Assembly (NCBI GenBank): GCA_051546255.1
Contig: CP128821.1
Span: 744,001 to 808,000 of the forward strand
DNA: 64,000 nucleotides
Direction: 5' to 3'
DNA from: Meyerozyma guilliermondii
Taxonomy: Eukaryota
Below the pieces are notes generated by a model that ran no database searches, had not been told where the DNA came from, and was given only the letters and a program-made list of their open reading frames with translations. Positions 30,544-42,424 of this stretch are shown here, piece after piece. A program made the translations under genes and the position numbers. Each line of letters begins with the position of its first letter. Position 1 is the first letter of the stretch.

Positions 30544-31560
30544 ATGTCGTTTGAGGCCACCACCAAGTACCTTACGGACCCAAAATGGCCCCTTGAGGAA
30601 ATATCCAAGTTTGAGTATGCTGTAGGGCTCTCACCGACATCCCAATTTGTTCAGAAGCCTTATTTGGATCTTTTTAGCCACGCAAAATCCGCCTCCCGTT
30701 CCAACGCCATCCTACTTTCTCGACTCTTGGACTTGTACTTAATTACTGGACCACCACTTCCATCCGAGCTTATCAGCTTTGAGCCTGACTCCTCAATTGA
30801 TGACCCATTTTATCCCATAACCGTGTTGAGCTTCTATACTCGTTGGGTTCAGAGGTCAGATTCCAATACGAACCAGTACCTGTGGGAGTCTGTGAAACCT
30901 GCTATAGAAAAATGGATGAAAAAATTTAGCGATAACACAGACGAAGATCAAGACTTATACATTTCTGAGTTGGTAAACTTGATCGCTGCCGTATCTTATG
31001 CCCAGCCAGCTTATGCTCAAGACCAAACTACCAAGTATGGTTGGTTTTCACCCGATTTTCTCGATCCCACATCTATCGACCACCATATTCTCTTTCTTTC
31101 CAAATTCAATCCTGACGCTATACCAGAAGACCCTGGATACCAGATCTTGGGTCTGCTTCTGCTTCTCACCAAAAGATACTTCCCGATATTGCTCAACATG
31201 ATTCTGAGTTCCAAAACGTTCGAAATCTTGAAAAGTACGCTTCTGTCGCAGAAGTTGTCAAGGCTATCATATGACTTCTTGTACCAGTTTCTCGTACAGT
31301 CGACTCGATTCCCCTACTCTGCCGACTACTTGCTCAATCTGCTTCCCTCAATGGTCTCAGATTACCTAGTCAGCCTGCCCTCAGCAATCAGCGACCCGGA
31401 AATATGGAATTTGAAAAAAGAAGCACTCCACAATTTACTAGGACATTCTGATTTGGGTATGTGGGCGGATAAAATAACCTCAACTTACACGTTAATGGTG
31501 AACGGCAAGAATGTCAAAGATATTGAGCCTACAGTTGATATTATGGACGAAGCGGCATAG
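30544..31560 (+). CDS. HSM3: Probable proteasome assembly chaperone Hsm3
   Basis: Helical Leu-rich protein whose C-terminus (EIWNLKKEALHNLL...MVNGKNVK) resembles Hsm3; shorter than the S. cerevisiae protein; ATG at 30544. Confidence 0.55.
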   Translation: MSFEATTKYLTDPKWPLEEISKFEYAVGLSPTSQFVQKPYLDLFSHAKSASRSNAILLSRLLDLYLITGPPLPSELISFEPDSSIDDPFYPITVLSFYTRWVQRSDSNTNQYLWESVKPAIEKWMKKFSDNTDEDQDLYISELVNLIAAVSYAQPAYAQDQTTKYGWFSPDFLDPTSIDHHILFLSKFNPDAIPEDPGYQILGLLLLLTKRYFPILLNMILSSKTFEILKSTLLSQKLSRLSYDFLYQFLVQSTRFPYSADYLLNLLPSMVSDYLVSLPSAISDPEIWNLKKEALHNLLGHSDLGMWADKITSTYTLMVNGKNVKDIEPTVDIMDEAA

Positions 31561-31564
31561 ATAT

Positions 31565-34390
31565 TTATTCAGTGTTGATCCAGATGCTTCCGCAAATGCA
31601 GCTTCGTTGGAAAACCATCGTCCAAAGTCCAAGAGTGGTAGGGGCATTGAAAACCAACGGATCGTTAACTAACGACACAGATCTGCATCTCGTGCACTTG
31701 CGTACTTTGGCTCCACCTTTTCCTCTCGGTATAACCACCTTTCTTAGTGCATCAATACAGTCTCTTGTCCCATATGCCAAACGAGGTACCATTTGCTTTG
31801 GTTCTTGAGGATACTGTAAAAGGACTTCGTGAGATCCTTCGACCACTACACACTCATCATTGAACCATTGGATGCCCACACCGATCCAGTCAACATCGTA
31901 AAAAAATAGTTCGGATACTTTCATGTCGAGGCTGATATTGTTGGCATATTTTCCAACTACCGCAGTAGCAATTGGGATATACTCCTCGCTAATCTCACCC
32001 TGAAACACTAATTTCTGTTCGACACGAAGCTGGTATCCTTTCTTTTCAAACTTGGGATTCTGGCTGATTTCCTTAGCGATTACAGCATCTGTGTCCCGCA
32101 AGAAACTTTCAAACAAGGATATCTGTAGTGGAGAATTAGCACATGTGGTAAAGTAGCGGTTCAAAGCTTCCTTCATGGGCTGGAATAATTTGTTAGATTC
32201 GGCCAAATCTTTATGCAATTTTTTGAGAGTCTCATGGGTCTTTTGAATGGATGATAGAGCATACATCAAGAACAACCGAGGTACTTTACTCAAGACTATT
32301 GGTAACACAACTGAGTTCTTCATGGTAAGCTTGCTTATGGATGGGTCACCTTTGCTATTTGCAAGCTGGTTAAACTCTTGATTTAGGTAGATTATGAGGT
32401 CAATCAACCAACGCACGCTTCCTATCAAAGAAACAATACACTCAGCCCGGGCCACTGAATCTTGCATGGTATCTTCTGAAGGTTTCTTTTTCAGGACCTG
32501 GCGGTAGATGCTAGACAACAGAAACATTATCCCAAAACTTGTGCTACGAAGATTGAGTACAATCCACGCAAGGTCACTGATGAGTTTTCCGTGGTCTTGT
32601 AATTCACCAAGTGCCATTTGCAATGAAAGAAGCTTTTGCAAAGGTGGATTCGATAGTAATTTGTCAACTGATTCTTTACCAAAGGCATCGAGTTGAAAGT
32701 TTATAGCCTTGTGCGATTCACATATGATAGACTCGATGAATTTTGTGACCACAACTTCGATATGATGGGATTTTTCTTGGTGCGTCTTGCGCAATATCTT
32801 TGTAACCCGTAGAATATCCTGTTGAATCATCACTATGAAATCGTCTGCACAGATGTTGGAGTAACAGGCGTATGAATGGCAAAATGCAAAGCCCACCGAC
32901 GTCAAAAAAAGCACTTTGGGGTTTACCACGGAATCGATTTTTGATACTGTTTGAAGGTGTAATCTTGGAGAGTCTTCTCCAGGAAATGCGTACACTCTTG
33001 CCGTCAAGGTGGGTGAATACGCAACCATTCCTGGAATGATATTTTTGTCACCAGGAGTCTGGAACGAGAAACCAACGTCAAATATACTGGAGACGGTGTG
33101 AGGAGGCATTTCTGATTTCGTGGGGTCTATGATGTCCATTTTTCTTCGATCCATTATATCGACCCTGCCATCATTGTAGTTGAACACAACAAAGATATCA
33201 GAAAATGCTGCCTGAACAGACAATAAAACCCCAGGCCGAACCGCACGGCTGACTAGTATGAGCTTGGGGCAAGTTTTCTGATTTTCTTGTATGCCCTTTT
33301 TGCGGCCAAGCTCTGCAAATTCCGGAGAAATGACATCGTCAGCGTATCCAACTTCGTACTGGTACAAATGAGTGGAGTTTCCGGATTTGTAGGAGATGAA
33401 AATGTCCAAATTGGATTCTGAGTTTGCTGAGGTAGATATCAGATCGATGGACAGGAGGGTGTATCCATCTTGAGACTGTTCATTTGTGGCATCCACCACG
33501 AAGGGCTGGGGAAGCATATCGTAAGAATGTTCAACCAGAAGTTTAGGGGGAGTTTTGGAACTTTCAGGTGTGTTATAGTGAGGATCTGTTTTTTGTTTTA
33601 AAGCAGATTCGGCCAAGAACCCCCAGTCTATTCGAATTGTATGCATCGATATTTTGCCGGTCAAACCGTTATGCGAAACAACCACCAACGATTTATCTTT
33701 GGTAAGTCCCAATGAGCCATGGGTAATATACGTTCCCTCAAGTTTTGTACTCACCTTGTAATAATCCACCTTATGTTCTCCTTGGTAATACAAAGTGAGG
33801 TCTCCGTTTCTTCGAAGAACTACACACGCTTGCTTACTGGAAATCGGATGCGAGAGACCCAGTGGTTGGTGCAGACTGACCCCATACTGGTAGGCTGCCG
33901 AGGACTCGTTGGCTGTTTGTACGAGAACGGCTGGCTTGGGAATAATTTGATTTTTTTCAACATTGAGCCACTTTAAAGCAACCACCTCGTTTCGCTCTCC
34001 CACCATATCCCTATACGTCACCACCAATTGGTTGTAGGATGTCAATTCATATGCTGTAGACGGTTTTTGTGATCCATTACGTTGGCCATTCACAACTCCA
34101 TTATGGGTGCCATTTGTATCGTGATCAATCACACCCACCCCAGCCAAAAGCACATAAAAACTTCCCTGGTGGTCACAAACCGCAAGATCCGTGCTCAAGT
34201 TGCTCCAAGAGACCGCCAGGAGGGGTCCTGCTGCCACAGAACCATCGTGGCCTGTAATCTTAAATTTCTGGGGCTCGGCAAGTTGCCATTCTCGACCATT
34301 TATGTTCTCTAGATATGTCAAGTGGATACTGTTTCCGGCTCCAGAGTAGGCTATGAAGCCGTTTTTGGACCACGACACTCTGTCGCTCAT
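31565..34390 (-). CDS. SIN4: Mediator subunit Med16
   Basis: VSWSKNGFIAY start, LQKLLSLQM, NLRSTSFG, C-terminal RKCTRC...WTMVFQRSCICG. Confidence 0.9.
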   Translation of the reverse strand: MSDRVSWSKNGFIAYSGAGNSIHLTYLENINGREWQLAEPQKFKITGHDGSVAAGPLLAVSWSNLSTDLAVCDHQGSFYVLLAGVGVIDHDTNGTHNGVVNGQRNGSQKPSTAYELTSYNQLVVTYRDMVGERNEVVALKWLNVEKNQIIPKPAVLVQTANESSAAYQYGVSLHQPLGLSHPISSKQACVVLRRNGDLTLYYQGEHKVDYYKVSTKLEGTYITHGSLGLTKDKSLVVVSHNGLTGKISMHTIRIDWGFLAESALKQKTDPHYNTPESSKTPPKLLVEHSYDMLPQPFVVDATNEQSQDGYTLLSIDLISTSANSESNLDIFISYKSGNSTHLYQYEVGYADDVISPEFAELGRKKGIQENQKTCPKLILVSRAVRPGVLLSVQAAFSDIFVVFNYNDGRVDIMDRRKMDIIDPTKSEMPPHTVSSIFDVGFSFQTPGDKNIIPGMVAYSPTLTARVYAFPGEDSPRLHLQTVSKIDSVVNPKVLFLTSVGFAFCHSYACYSNICADDFIVMIQQDILRVTKILRKTHQEKSHHIEVVVTKFIESIICESHKAINFQLDAFGKESVDKLLSNPPLQKLLSLQMALGELQDHGKLISDLAWIVLNLRSTSFGIMFLLSSIYRQVLKKKPSEDTMQDSVARAECIVSLIGSVRWLIDLIIYLNQEFNQLANSKGDPSISKLTMKNSVVLPIVLSKVPRLFLMYALSSIQKTHETLKKLHKDLAESNKLFQPMKEALNRYFTTCANSPLQISLFESFLRDTDAVIAKEISQNPKFEKKGYQLRVEQKLVFQGEISEEYIPIATAVVGKYANNISLDMKVSELFFYDVDWIGVGIQWFNDECVVVEGSHEVLLQYPQEPKQMVPRLAYGTRDCIDALRKVVIPRGKGGAKVRKCTRCRSVSLVNDPLVFNAPTTLGLWTMVFQRSCICGSIWINTE

Positions 34391-34596
34391 GCTGATGAAT
34401 GGATGGTTGGTATCTTAGTGTGTGGAGGAAGTTGGTGCGGTGAAATTGTGCATCAATGCACCAGGCATAGCGACGGCCAAGACCACCACCACCTACGACC
34501 TAGACCTATTGACTATAAGTAATTTAATTTATATTTAGAGAATTAATAGACAGTACTTCTATTTATTTTTCTTCTTTTTCTTCTTTTTCAGTTTTT

Positions 34597-36051
34597 CTAC
34601 AAATCGCCTGGAACTGGATACTGTCCAACCCATTTTGCAACCTCCTCGGCCAACTCCTTGACTTCGGTGCTCTCGTCTGCCAACTGCTTGAAAGATGCCA
34701 ACAACTCTTTTGGTACAGAACCTTGCTCCTGGCCCTTAAGTTTAAGCGAAAGTTCAACAGCACGATTAATGTACTCTGCAACCTTCTCGAACTCAGCTTG
34801 GCCAAATCCACGGGTAGTCATGGCTGGGGTTCCCACACGCAACCCAGATGGGAAGAGGGCAGACTTGTCGCCGGGAACGGTGTTTTTGTTGGCAGCAATG
34901 TTGATCCTTTCCAACAATCCTTCAACACGAGCACCGTCAATGTTCTTCGAGCTCAAGTCAATTAATACCAAATGGGTGTCGGTTCCGCCAGAAACAAGCT
35001 TGAAACCACGAGATTGCAACGCCTGGGCGAAAGACGAAGCGTTATCAATGACATTTTGCTGATATTGCTTGTATTCTGGGTACTGGGTTTGTTTCAAGGC
35101 AACAGCCAAAGCAGAGATGGTGTGGTTGTGGGGTCCACCTTGATGAGCTGGGAACACGGAAAAGTTGATCTTGCGCTCCAAATCGTACAACACTTCCTTT
35201 CCCTTCTTGGTGACCTTTCTGACACCTTTTCTGAAGAAAATCATCGCACCACGAGGTCCACGCAAGGACTTGTGGGTAGTGGTGGTAACGATGTCCGAGT
35301 ACTCAAAAGGAGAGGCTGTCACCCCAGCGGCTACCAAACCGGAAATATGAGCCATATCACTTAACAAATAGGCTCCAACCTTGTCAGCAATTTTTCTCAT
35401 TCTGGCATAGTCAATTACTCTCAGGTACGCCGAAGCACCAGCAACGATTACCTTGGGACGAAACAATTGAGCATTAGCTTCAAGTGTATCATAGTCGATC
35501 AAACCAGTCTCCTCGTTCAAACGATAAGGCATGGTTTGGAAATATTTGGAAATGTACGAGATTTTGGTGGTGGGGGTCTGGTAACCGTGAGAAAGATGTC
35601 CACCATGAGGAAGATCCAAACCCATGATTCTGTCACCCACTTCCAAAACAGCAGAGTAGGCGTACAAGTTCGCTGGGGCTCCCGACAACGACTGGACGTT
35701 GACACCCCATTTTTCTGGATCTAAACCAAAAGATTCAAGTGCTCTCTTCTGGCACAATGACTCAGCCTTGTCAATGATTTCATTTCCTCCGTAATATCTC
35801 TCGCCAGGATACCCCTCGGAGTACTTGTTCTGCATCTCCGAACCCAAGAGGTCCATCACGGCCTTCGAAGTGAAGTTTTCCGATGGAATTAACGTCACCG
35901 AAGTCTTTTGTCTGTTGCGCTCTTCTGCCAAAATTTGCGCCATTTCTGGGTCCACCTCAGAAACAGGCTTGCTCATCAATGCCTGGGCACTTCCAACATA
36001 CCGGCGGGCCACCAATGGCCTGGCAACCTGTAAAAGTGTACGATTTAACAT
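34597..36051 (-). CDS. SHM1: Serine hydroxymethyltransferase, mitochondrial
   Basis: Presequence [42 protein letters not shown] motif [13 protein letters not shown]. Confidence 0.96.
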   Translation of the reverse strand: MLNRTLLQVARPLVARRYVGSAQALMSKPVSEVDPEMAQILAEERNRQKTSVTLIPSENFTSKAVMDLLGSEMQNKYSEGYPGERYYGGNEIIDKAESLCQKRALESFGLDPEKWGVNVQSLSGAPANLYAYSAVLEVGDRIMGLDLPHGGHLSHGYQTPTTKISYISKYFQTMPYRLNEETGLIDYDTLEANAQLFRPKVIVAGASAYLRVIDYARMRKIADKVGAYLLSDMAHISGLVAAGVTASPFEYSDIVTTTTHKSLRGPRGAMIFFRKGVRKVTKKGKEVLYDLERKINFSVFPAHQGGPHNHTISALAVALKQTQYPEYKQYQQNVIDNASSFAQALQSRGFKLVSGGTDTHLVLIDLSSKNIDGARVEGLLERINIAANKNTVPGDKSALFPSGLRVGTPAMTTRGFGQAEFEKVAEYINRAVELSLKLKGQEQGSVPKELLASFKQLADESTEVKELAEEVAKWVGQYPVPGDL

Positions 36052-36134
36052 GGTTCCCAAAAGAAGTCCAGTTTTCTTGAACGGTGAAAAATTTCGCACA
36101 AACGGACCAATATGTACCGTCACAAGCAATGGTG

Positions 36135-37088
36135 CTATATTCGGTGCCTAGCGGACAATATTCGATGATCTATGCCACAATTGGACGCTTGGTCCAGTTT
36201 CAGGCAAAATGGCACACTTTTGTACCACTGATGACTCTGAAGCTCCACCACCGCAGGGCGCTGACTCGGCTGCGGCACAAGGAGCGTCCAGAGTCCGCGC
36301 ACCAAGTCCGAGTCGCGCCTCGAGTCGATTTGGGAAAGGTCGCTCTGGCAGTATTTCTGGAACGAAGGATCATCTCGAGAAGCGATTTTCCATGGAAACA
36401 GTCCATTCAAGAGCCAATGTAACACTATGCCAAGTGACCATGCATCGGCCGCCGCTCCGGCATACGAAATTTGCAGCATCGTCTCCGGTGCTGCATATCG
36501 TTGCGACCCCACCAATCCCAATGCTGGTCGTTCCGTAGAAGTCGCCGTGGCAAAATCAATAATCTTTACAGTTCCTTCAGCATCCAAAACACAATTCTCG
36601 GGTTTTATATCCCGATGACACCATCCTTGACGATGGAGATATTCTACTCCGGCGCACATTTGGCGCCAAAAACACTTTGCTTCCTGCGGTTCGAACCGCC
36701 TTTCTCTCTTGTAAATCTTCCATAAATCTACCGAGCCGCCTCCCGAGAACCAAAGTGACGCTTTGCGGGTGAATACCAGTACTTTGTACCGCTCTACTGC
36801 AATGATGTTTGGGTGCAGGATCAGCTTGAGAATGTCATATTCGTACCGAGCTCGTTTGCAGTAGTCGCTCTTCGTTTCGATCTTTTCCCGCCGATAAACC
36901 TTGACCACCCATCGCTTGTTGTGCTTCGTATAAACATCCGCCGAAACCCCACTGCCGACTTTATGGATATACCCGCTGGTCACGTGATCAGTATTGCTGC
37001 GGTCAAAATGTGTTTTGGGAGTGTAATTGGGGATATTTGTGCCTATAGGGGACAAGACGGGGATACTCGTCTTTGCTGAAGTTGACAT
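36135..37088 (-). CDS. Ser/Thr protein kinase (fungal Npr/Hal-like, compact)
   Basis: [21 protein letters not shown] (variant of DFG), [24 protein letters not shown] at 37088. Confidence 0.85.
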   Translation of the reverse strand: MSTSAKTSIPVLSPIGTNIPNYTPKTHFDRSNTDHVTSGYIHKVGSGVSADVYTKHNKRWVVKVYRREKIETKSDYCKRARYEYDILKLILHPNIIAVERYKVLVFTRKASLWFSGGGSVDLWKIYKRERRFEPQEAKCFWRQMCAGVEYLHRQGWCHRDIKPENCVLDAEGTVKIIDFATATSTERPALGLVGSQRYAAPETMLQISYAGAAADAWSLGIVLHWLLNGLFPWKIASRDDPSFQKYCQSDLSQIDSRRDSDLVRGLWTLLVPQPSQRPAVVELQSHQWYKSVPFCLKLDQASNCGIDHRILSARHRI

Positions 37089-37346
37089 GGTGTATTTGGT
37101 GATTTTTCTGACTTTTTTGACACGATTTACTCGTTTTCTTCCAGTATAATGGTGTGTAGGATGTCCCAAAACCCTTCTATGTTAATTTGTGCCCTTTATG
37201 TAACGGTCTAGTGTCACTACAACGCTATTTCTGCTACTAGACAAACTAATTAACCTCCTGTCCCGTCCATTAAGCGTATACTAAAGTTGAGAAATCGCGA
37301 AGTTTTCGCGATAAAATTAATCACGCACCACTGATACCCCGGAAAC

Positions 37347-38678
37347 ATGCCAAAAAACGATACAGATGATGTACTTGACTTCATAAATTCGCTTCCAGAT
37401 TCCAAATCTGGCACGCCACGGCCCGTAAATGGCCAAGAAGAAAAGGGGGAAGATCTTCTTGAGTTTTTAGACGAATTGGCGGCTCAGGATAAGCCCAAGA
37501 ACCCCACCAAATCCAAGTCTTTTGAGCCAAAAAAGAAGGAAGATGAGCCTAAGGGTAGGGAAGCAAGCAACAAATTGGAAAAGCAAGAAAAACCAAAGAA
37601 AATTGCTGAAAAACCATCAGTTTCTGATTCAAACAACCCAAGTGATTCCACCAAAGTTGACACCAAAGTCGATGATGGCAACTCGGAAACGCCAGAAATC
37701 ATTGGTTCCATCACCAACTGGTGGTCTACTGAAGGGTCGCTGAAGGTTTCACTGTTCTGGGGATCACTCACGTCCAACGCAGAAAAGCTTGGTGAACAAA
37801 CCTACCAATTAGCATCAACCACTACAAACCAAATTAACCAACAGAGGCAACGACTTTTGAGCGAGCTGGGAATTGACCCGAATACCAACATCGTGGGTCT
37901 CACATCTCGTCTAAACTCGGCTCTTGTGTCTATGTCTCAGCAAATAGCCCAGGGGCTTGCTGGTGAGAGCGACGAGCTTTTGAATGTTCTTTTGATTCAT
38001 GACTTGTATAATATAAAGTACTTGGACCGGTTGTGCCAGGACAAGTTCTCGCATGTGACAGGGCAGGTTGAAGGTGGTATTAAGGTGAATGTGAGCAACT
38101 TTAACCATCGCGACGATGCTTCGAAAACCGACTTCAATATGTTTTACGGCAAGATTATCGATGGGGAAAAGCTCTGTTTTGCTAATCTCGAGTCGAGCAT
38201 CAAAGATTATGTCAAAGTCATGAAGGTGGACGAAGAAGCACGCAAGAACGTCAAGGAAGAGGAGGAATCTACACGGAAGAAGGAAGATGGAAATGCGAAT
38301 GAAAATGACGAAATTACTAACGAAGCGCCCACAGTTAATTCTTCCAACATTTTCATCTCCATCCAGCCCATAAGCAGCGGATCGGCATCTGAATCCGATG
38401 AAAAGAAAGAGGGCCCTATTTTGATCGAGGCTAATAATAGCGACTCGTTTCTGTTCACTTTAATCTTAAAGGACATCACCAACGACATTACAATCATCAC
38501 CAAAACCCAACCTTTCCCTCTTAGATGGAGCAGGTGGGTATGTGGAGAATTTCAAGAGTTTGCCGATCTCGAAGAAATCGACCCCAGCGAGTGGGTCAAA
38601 GACTGGATTGGCGACGGGCTCGCGTTGGCTTTCGGGGTGTTGGCACAGGAGTATGTGGTGAAAAGAATGGGGTATTGA
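37347..38678 (+). CDS. MTC1: Mtc1 (maintenance of telomere capping) family protein
   Basis: DDVLDFINSLP, DLLEFLDEL, DPSEWVKDWI...FGVLAQEYVVKRMGY. Confidence 0.8.
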   Translation: MPKNDTDDVLDFINSLPDSKSGTPRPVNGQEEKGEDLLEFLDELAAQDKPKNPTKSKSFEPKKKEDEPKGREASNKLEKQEKPKKIAEKPSVSDSNNPSDSTKVDTKVDDGNSETPEIIGSITNWWSTEGSLKVSLFWGSLTSNAEKLGEQTYQLASTTTNQINQQRQRLLSELGIDPNTNIVGLTSRLNSALVSMSQQIAQGLAGESDELLNVLLIHDLYNIKYLDRLCQDKFSHVTGQVEGGIKVNVSNFNHRDDASKTDFNMFYGKIIDGEKLCFANLESSIKDYVKVMKVDEEARKNVKEEEESTRKKEDGNANENDEITNEAPTVNSSNIFISIQPISSGSASESDEKKEGPILIEANNSDSFLFTLILKDITNDITIITKTQPFPLRWSRWVCGEFQEFADLEEIDPSEWVKDWIGDGLALAFGVLAQEYVVKRMGY

Positions 38679-38705
38679 ATTTGGAAGTCTATTATTCTAT
38701 AAAAC

Positions 38706-39344
38706 CTAATATAAGTCAGCAAACTCAGCAACGTGGGGATTAATGTAGTGGGTGCGATGAACTTCCTGGGACGTATTAGTGGAAGTGTGAGGAATGTGTT
38801 GAAAACTGGAGTCGTCCTCCTTATTCAAATTCTTGTGGGAGTCTTGGATGCCACAAGACAAATAGTTAGCCATGATTCTGTCCAAGCCAGCATCGTCGTG
38901 GGCGATTAACGAGTTGGCGTGGTCGATGATCAAGGGAGGCTTGAAGAAGCGGGACCGGTTGGACGACATCAACTGGTTATATTCGGACTCGGGCAAAAAT
39001 TCCAAGTCGCCAGCAAACCGCGATGAACCGGTAATGCGAGGAAACAGTCTTTGAAACGAAGTCAAGTTTCCAGGATGGATCCCGAGACAGTTTTCATGGA
39101 CAAATGCATAGTCTTCAAACGAAGGAAGTTGATTTTCCTTCAAGTTGATAACGAATTTGGGAAGTTGACCCAGCAACTTTGGTGTGGTTTCCGAGTACCG
39201 CTCAGCGGTGGAAGGAAGGTCGGCGTAAGCACGAAGCTTGTTGACGAGATGTGTGGAAGTCTTGGACAGAGTATTGTGGTATACCGTAAGAACCGGCACG
39301 GTTTTTGGCACGGTAGCTATACGACGGAAAAACGAGCTAATCAT
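38706..39344 (-). CDS. Probable mitochondrial thioredoxin-like protein (Fmp46/DUF1687-like)
   Basis: Presequence-like start MISSFFRRIA; LTVYHN..SKTS and FKPPLIID resemble the Fmp46 family. Confidence 0.55.
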   Translation of the reverse strand: MISSFFRRIATVPKTVPVLTVYHNTLSKTSTHLVNKLRAYADLPSTAERYSETTPKLLGQLPKFVINLKENQLPSFEDYAFVHENCLGIHPGNLTSFQRLFPRITGSSRFAGDLEFLPESEYNQLMSSNRSRFFKPPLIIDHANSLIAHDDAGLDRIMANYLSCGIQDSHKNLNKEDDSSFQHIPHTSTNTSQEVHRTHYINPHVAEFADLY

Positions 39345-40250
39345 GATAAAAAGAAATTTGCAGCCGTAATAAAGGTTTGAATGAAACACACTAGATCACA
39401 AACAAGTTGAATTAATGTGACTGTGTTTCTACTGCAAGTTTTTAATTAGTTTGTGATTGCAAAAAAGCGCGGTCGCAGCCACTTATAAACGCATCGTATG
39501 ATTGAGGGGACCGGAAAAATGTGGGCCAGACGAAATTTCTCCGCTCTGAAAATGTTGGCCGCGCACTGCCCCAAATCGGCCAGAACAGTGGGCGCGGCAG
39601 GAGGGGAAGGAGGGGAAGGCAAAAATAGCGATGGTGGCGCGGTTGTGTGCAGTATAGTGCTGGTGGAACGAACAGCAAAACGGTAGGAGTTGTTTACCTG
39701 CAGTCCCAATTTGGTTTGAGTTCCCTGATCACGTGAGAGAGGGGAGCGGAACGAGGAATAATAGGGGTGGAGAGGAGAAGAGTATGATAATGGGGAACGA
39801 TAGAGGGGAATGAATGTTTACTTTTGCATGGCTGGGTGGAAATTGTTGGTTTTCCATCTATTTCTCTAGTTTTGTTCTTCAGTCTTCGCCGGCATCCTTC
39901 TCTCCGAATATGCACGTTGCTGTCACTTTCCCAATCGGGACAAATGCGATCTAGCATTGCTTTCAGATACGTGGTTATGTATGTGCTAGAGATTGAAAAG
40001 AAGGGGGATCGGTCGCGAGAGCACGTTGCTACCGTAATCTAGATCGGCGTGGAACAATCTAGTCTGGGTGGCGAAAATTTTGGCATGTGTGTGTTTATGC
40101 ATGTGTCTTATCTTATCGCAACCCCGAGCCCGATGCAGGACCACGTTCTTATCGCTAGTCTATCAGACTCTGAACGTATCCGTTGTTATCGGGCAAATGC
40201 TATCGGGCAATTGACCATTCTCTGTTTCTGAATACATTCATTTCGTCTAT

Positions 40251-41237
40251 TTATGTTCTATTTTCACGTGTTCCTTCTACTATGTCGTACTCTGTACGAT
40301 GGTCCATCAACGGCATGTTTGTTCTAATTCTTTCTAAATCTTCGAGGCTCAATTCGGCGCCACAAAGCTCGTAGTAGTCTCCATCTTCATCCACAGACAA
40401 TGAATCACTGTATTTATGGCACCTGGCAAGAACATCTCCCCATGGACTGATTATGATACTCTCACCATAACTGATTCTTGTCTTTTTTTGGCCATCAAAG
40501 TCCCCACTTTTGTCAGCATAAACATCATGCTCGCCACACTGGGCCGCCATAATTACATAGCATTGCGAGTCTACTGCACGTGCTCTGCCCAAAAGCTCCC
40601 AATGGCTCTCACCTGTCTTGGTCGTGAATGCCGATGGATATGTGATTATATTTGCTCCGTTTTTTCTGAGGGAAATGCATGTTTCTGGAAACCGGATATC
40701 GTAGCAGATATTCAACCCAATCTTAAATTTACCGAGGTTTTTTTCGTTAATGGGAAATGGCTTTATGAGTGACTTTCCTGCTTCCACCGACTTGGATTCT
40801 TGCAAAATTGGACCATTGGGTATGTTTACATCGAAAAGATGGATTTTCTGGTACCGGTGCACAATCTGACCCTTATTGTTGATCCACAAGTGATTATTTT
40901 GAACCTTATTGAGTCCTTCAACGTCATCACCAAGTTGGTGAGAAGGCTCATGTACACCCAATGCCACATATAATCCCGAATCTTCGTCTGCTAAGGGTAC
41001 TCCGTTGTAGATTCTGCGGATTTCTTCCTGAATCGGTGCCAAAAACTCGCTATTTGTTGCATTTGCCAACTCCATTGAGTGAGCAGCATCTCGGGAAATG
41101 TAGTCTGAAGCTTCTGGTAAAAAAAGAACCTTGGCTTTTTCTTTATAAGCGAGACGTATCAATTTACAAGCCACCCTTGCATTGGCGGCGAGGTTGGACG
41201 AAGAACACATCTGGCCACATGCTACCTTTAAGGACAT
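40251..41237 (-). CDS. NIT2: Nitrilase-superfamily amidase (Nit2, deaminated glutathione amidase-like)
   Basis: FLPEASDY, YQKIHLFDV, ICYDIRFPE catalytic E-K-C triad; RARAVDSQ. Confidence 0.9.
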   Translation of the reverse strand: MSLKVACGQMCSSSNLAANARVACKLIRLAYKEKAKVLFLPEASDYISRDAAHSMELANATNSEFLAPIQEEIRRIYNGVPLADEDSGLYVALGVHEPSHQLGDDVEGLNKVQNNHLWINNKGQIVHRYQKIHLFDVNIPNGPILQESKSVEAGKSLIKPFPINEKNLGKFKIGLNICYDIRFPETCISLRKNGANIITYPSAFTTKTGESHWELLGRARAVDSQCYVIMAAQCGEHDVYADKSGDFDGQKKTRISYGESIIISPWGDVLARCHKYSDSLSVDEDGDYYELCGAELSLEDLERIRTNMPLMDHRTEYDIVEGTRENRT

Positions 41238-41479
41238 GGTAATCCTTAATCTGTGCCTTAATCAGTGCGAATAGTAATTGAGCATGATGCATATGCACTC
41301 CACCTGTCAAGCCGCGGTGATAAGCCAATGCCACCAGAGAGCCATTGGCTCAATTAATGTACGTATTAGCGTGGGATCAATGGATCAATGGAAATCAATT
41401 GGCGACTGCCATCTACAGGGCTTCAACATGAGGTTATTTGATTCTTCTACATGTTCTATCATAATTCGTTAATAAATAT

Positions 41480-41749
41480 TTATGCCTTATTCACTGGTCC
41501 AGCAGTGTGGATCTCCTCAGAAGAAAATACTGTGGGCTCAAATGGCTCCAGGTCCAGATGGGTTTGTCTCACATCGTCGTGACGTAACACATCGTCGTTA
41601 GAAACAGCAAATCCTTCATTCAAATTGTTAAAATTGATACATCTTTGCTTTGATGAAAAATGACGCATGGTGCTGTTGGATGATGTTTGAACTGGTACCC
41701 AGCATCGGGAAGCAGTCTTAAAAGTAGATATGCGAAGAAACTTGCTCAT
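41480..41749 (-). CDS. Candidate small protein, 89 aa, mitochondrial-presequence-like N-terminus
   Basis: ATG at 41749 (MSKFLRISTFKTASRCW...), TATAAA about 37 bp upstream, acidic C-terminal half; no family recognised. Confidence 0.45.
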   Translation of the reverse strand: MSKFLRISTFKTASRCWVPVQTSSNSTMRHFSSKQRCINFNNLNEGFAVSNDDVLRHDDVRQTHLDLEPFEPTVFSSEEIHTAGPVNKA

Positions 41750-41823
41750 TGAGTTGATGCGAAAATCCGGGGAGAAACTGGTGGCTTTATACTTGTGCGT
41801 CTCCGGCCATCCGGCAGGCACAT

Positions 41824-41839
41824 TGAGTCATTTGAGTCA
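41824..41839. promoter_or_regulatory. Tandem Gcn4/AP-1-type sites (TGAGTCA x2)
   Basis: TGAGTCA at 41824-41830 and 41833-41839 in the divergent promoter of the small ORF and PDK. Confidence 0.5.
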
Positions 41840-42424
41840 CGGGGATCCGGGGGATCACCCCCGTGCGTCCATCGTGGGTGTGCGGGTGTGCTCGGCATGT
41901 GAGTCTGGGGTTGAAGCTGGGTGTTTGGAGCCGAGTGACATTTGTCCGAGGGATTTCGGCCCACTGTGGCGTAGAATTGCTTAGGCGCAGCCAAATGTTC
42001 TGTTAAACGTGCTACGAATATTCTGCAATGTTCTGAATGGCCTTACTTGACTTGTTTGACCACGCCATTCCACCTCGGATTTACGACCGTCAACCTCGGA
42101 GTAGCGGAAACCGCTTATGTGCAGTTCTTCCTTCGAAGTCTCCGCTCGTGCGCAAATCCGGGGCCCATCCAACCACCGCGCTGTCTCCCCGCGAAACCTG
42201 TTTGTCTGACGACGGTCACGAAGGTGCCTTGAAGTATTGTGTAACGGGCCAAATACGCTGAAAAAATCAATATCCTTTCATTTTTGGTTTTGCAAGTTAT
42301 TCAAAACCACTTGAGCAAGCTTCCTTTCCGTTTTTCTTCGTTGCATTGTCTTTTTCACCATCGATACTTCCCTTCTTTTGCCTATTGAGCGGCAAGCAAC
42401 AAATATTTATTAGCGTACAACATC

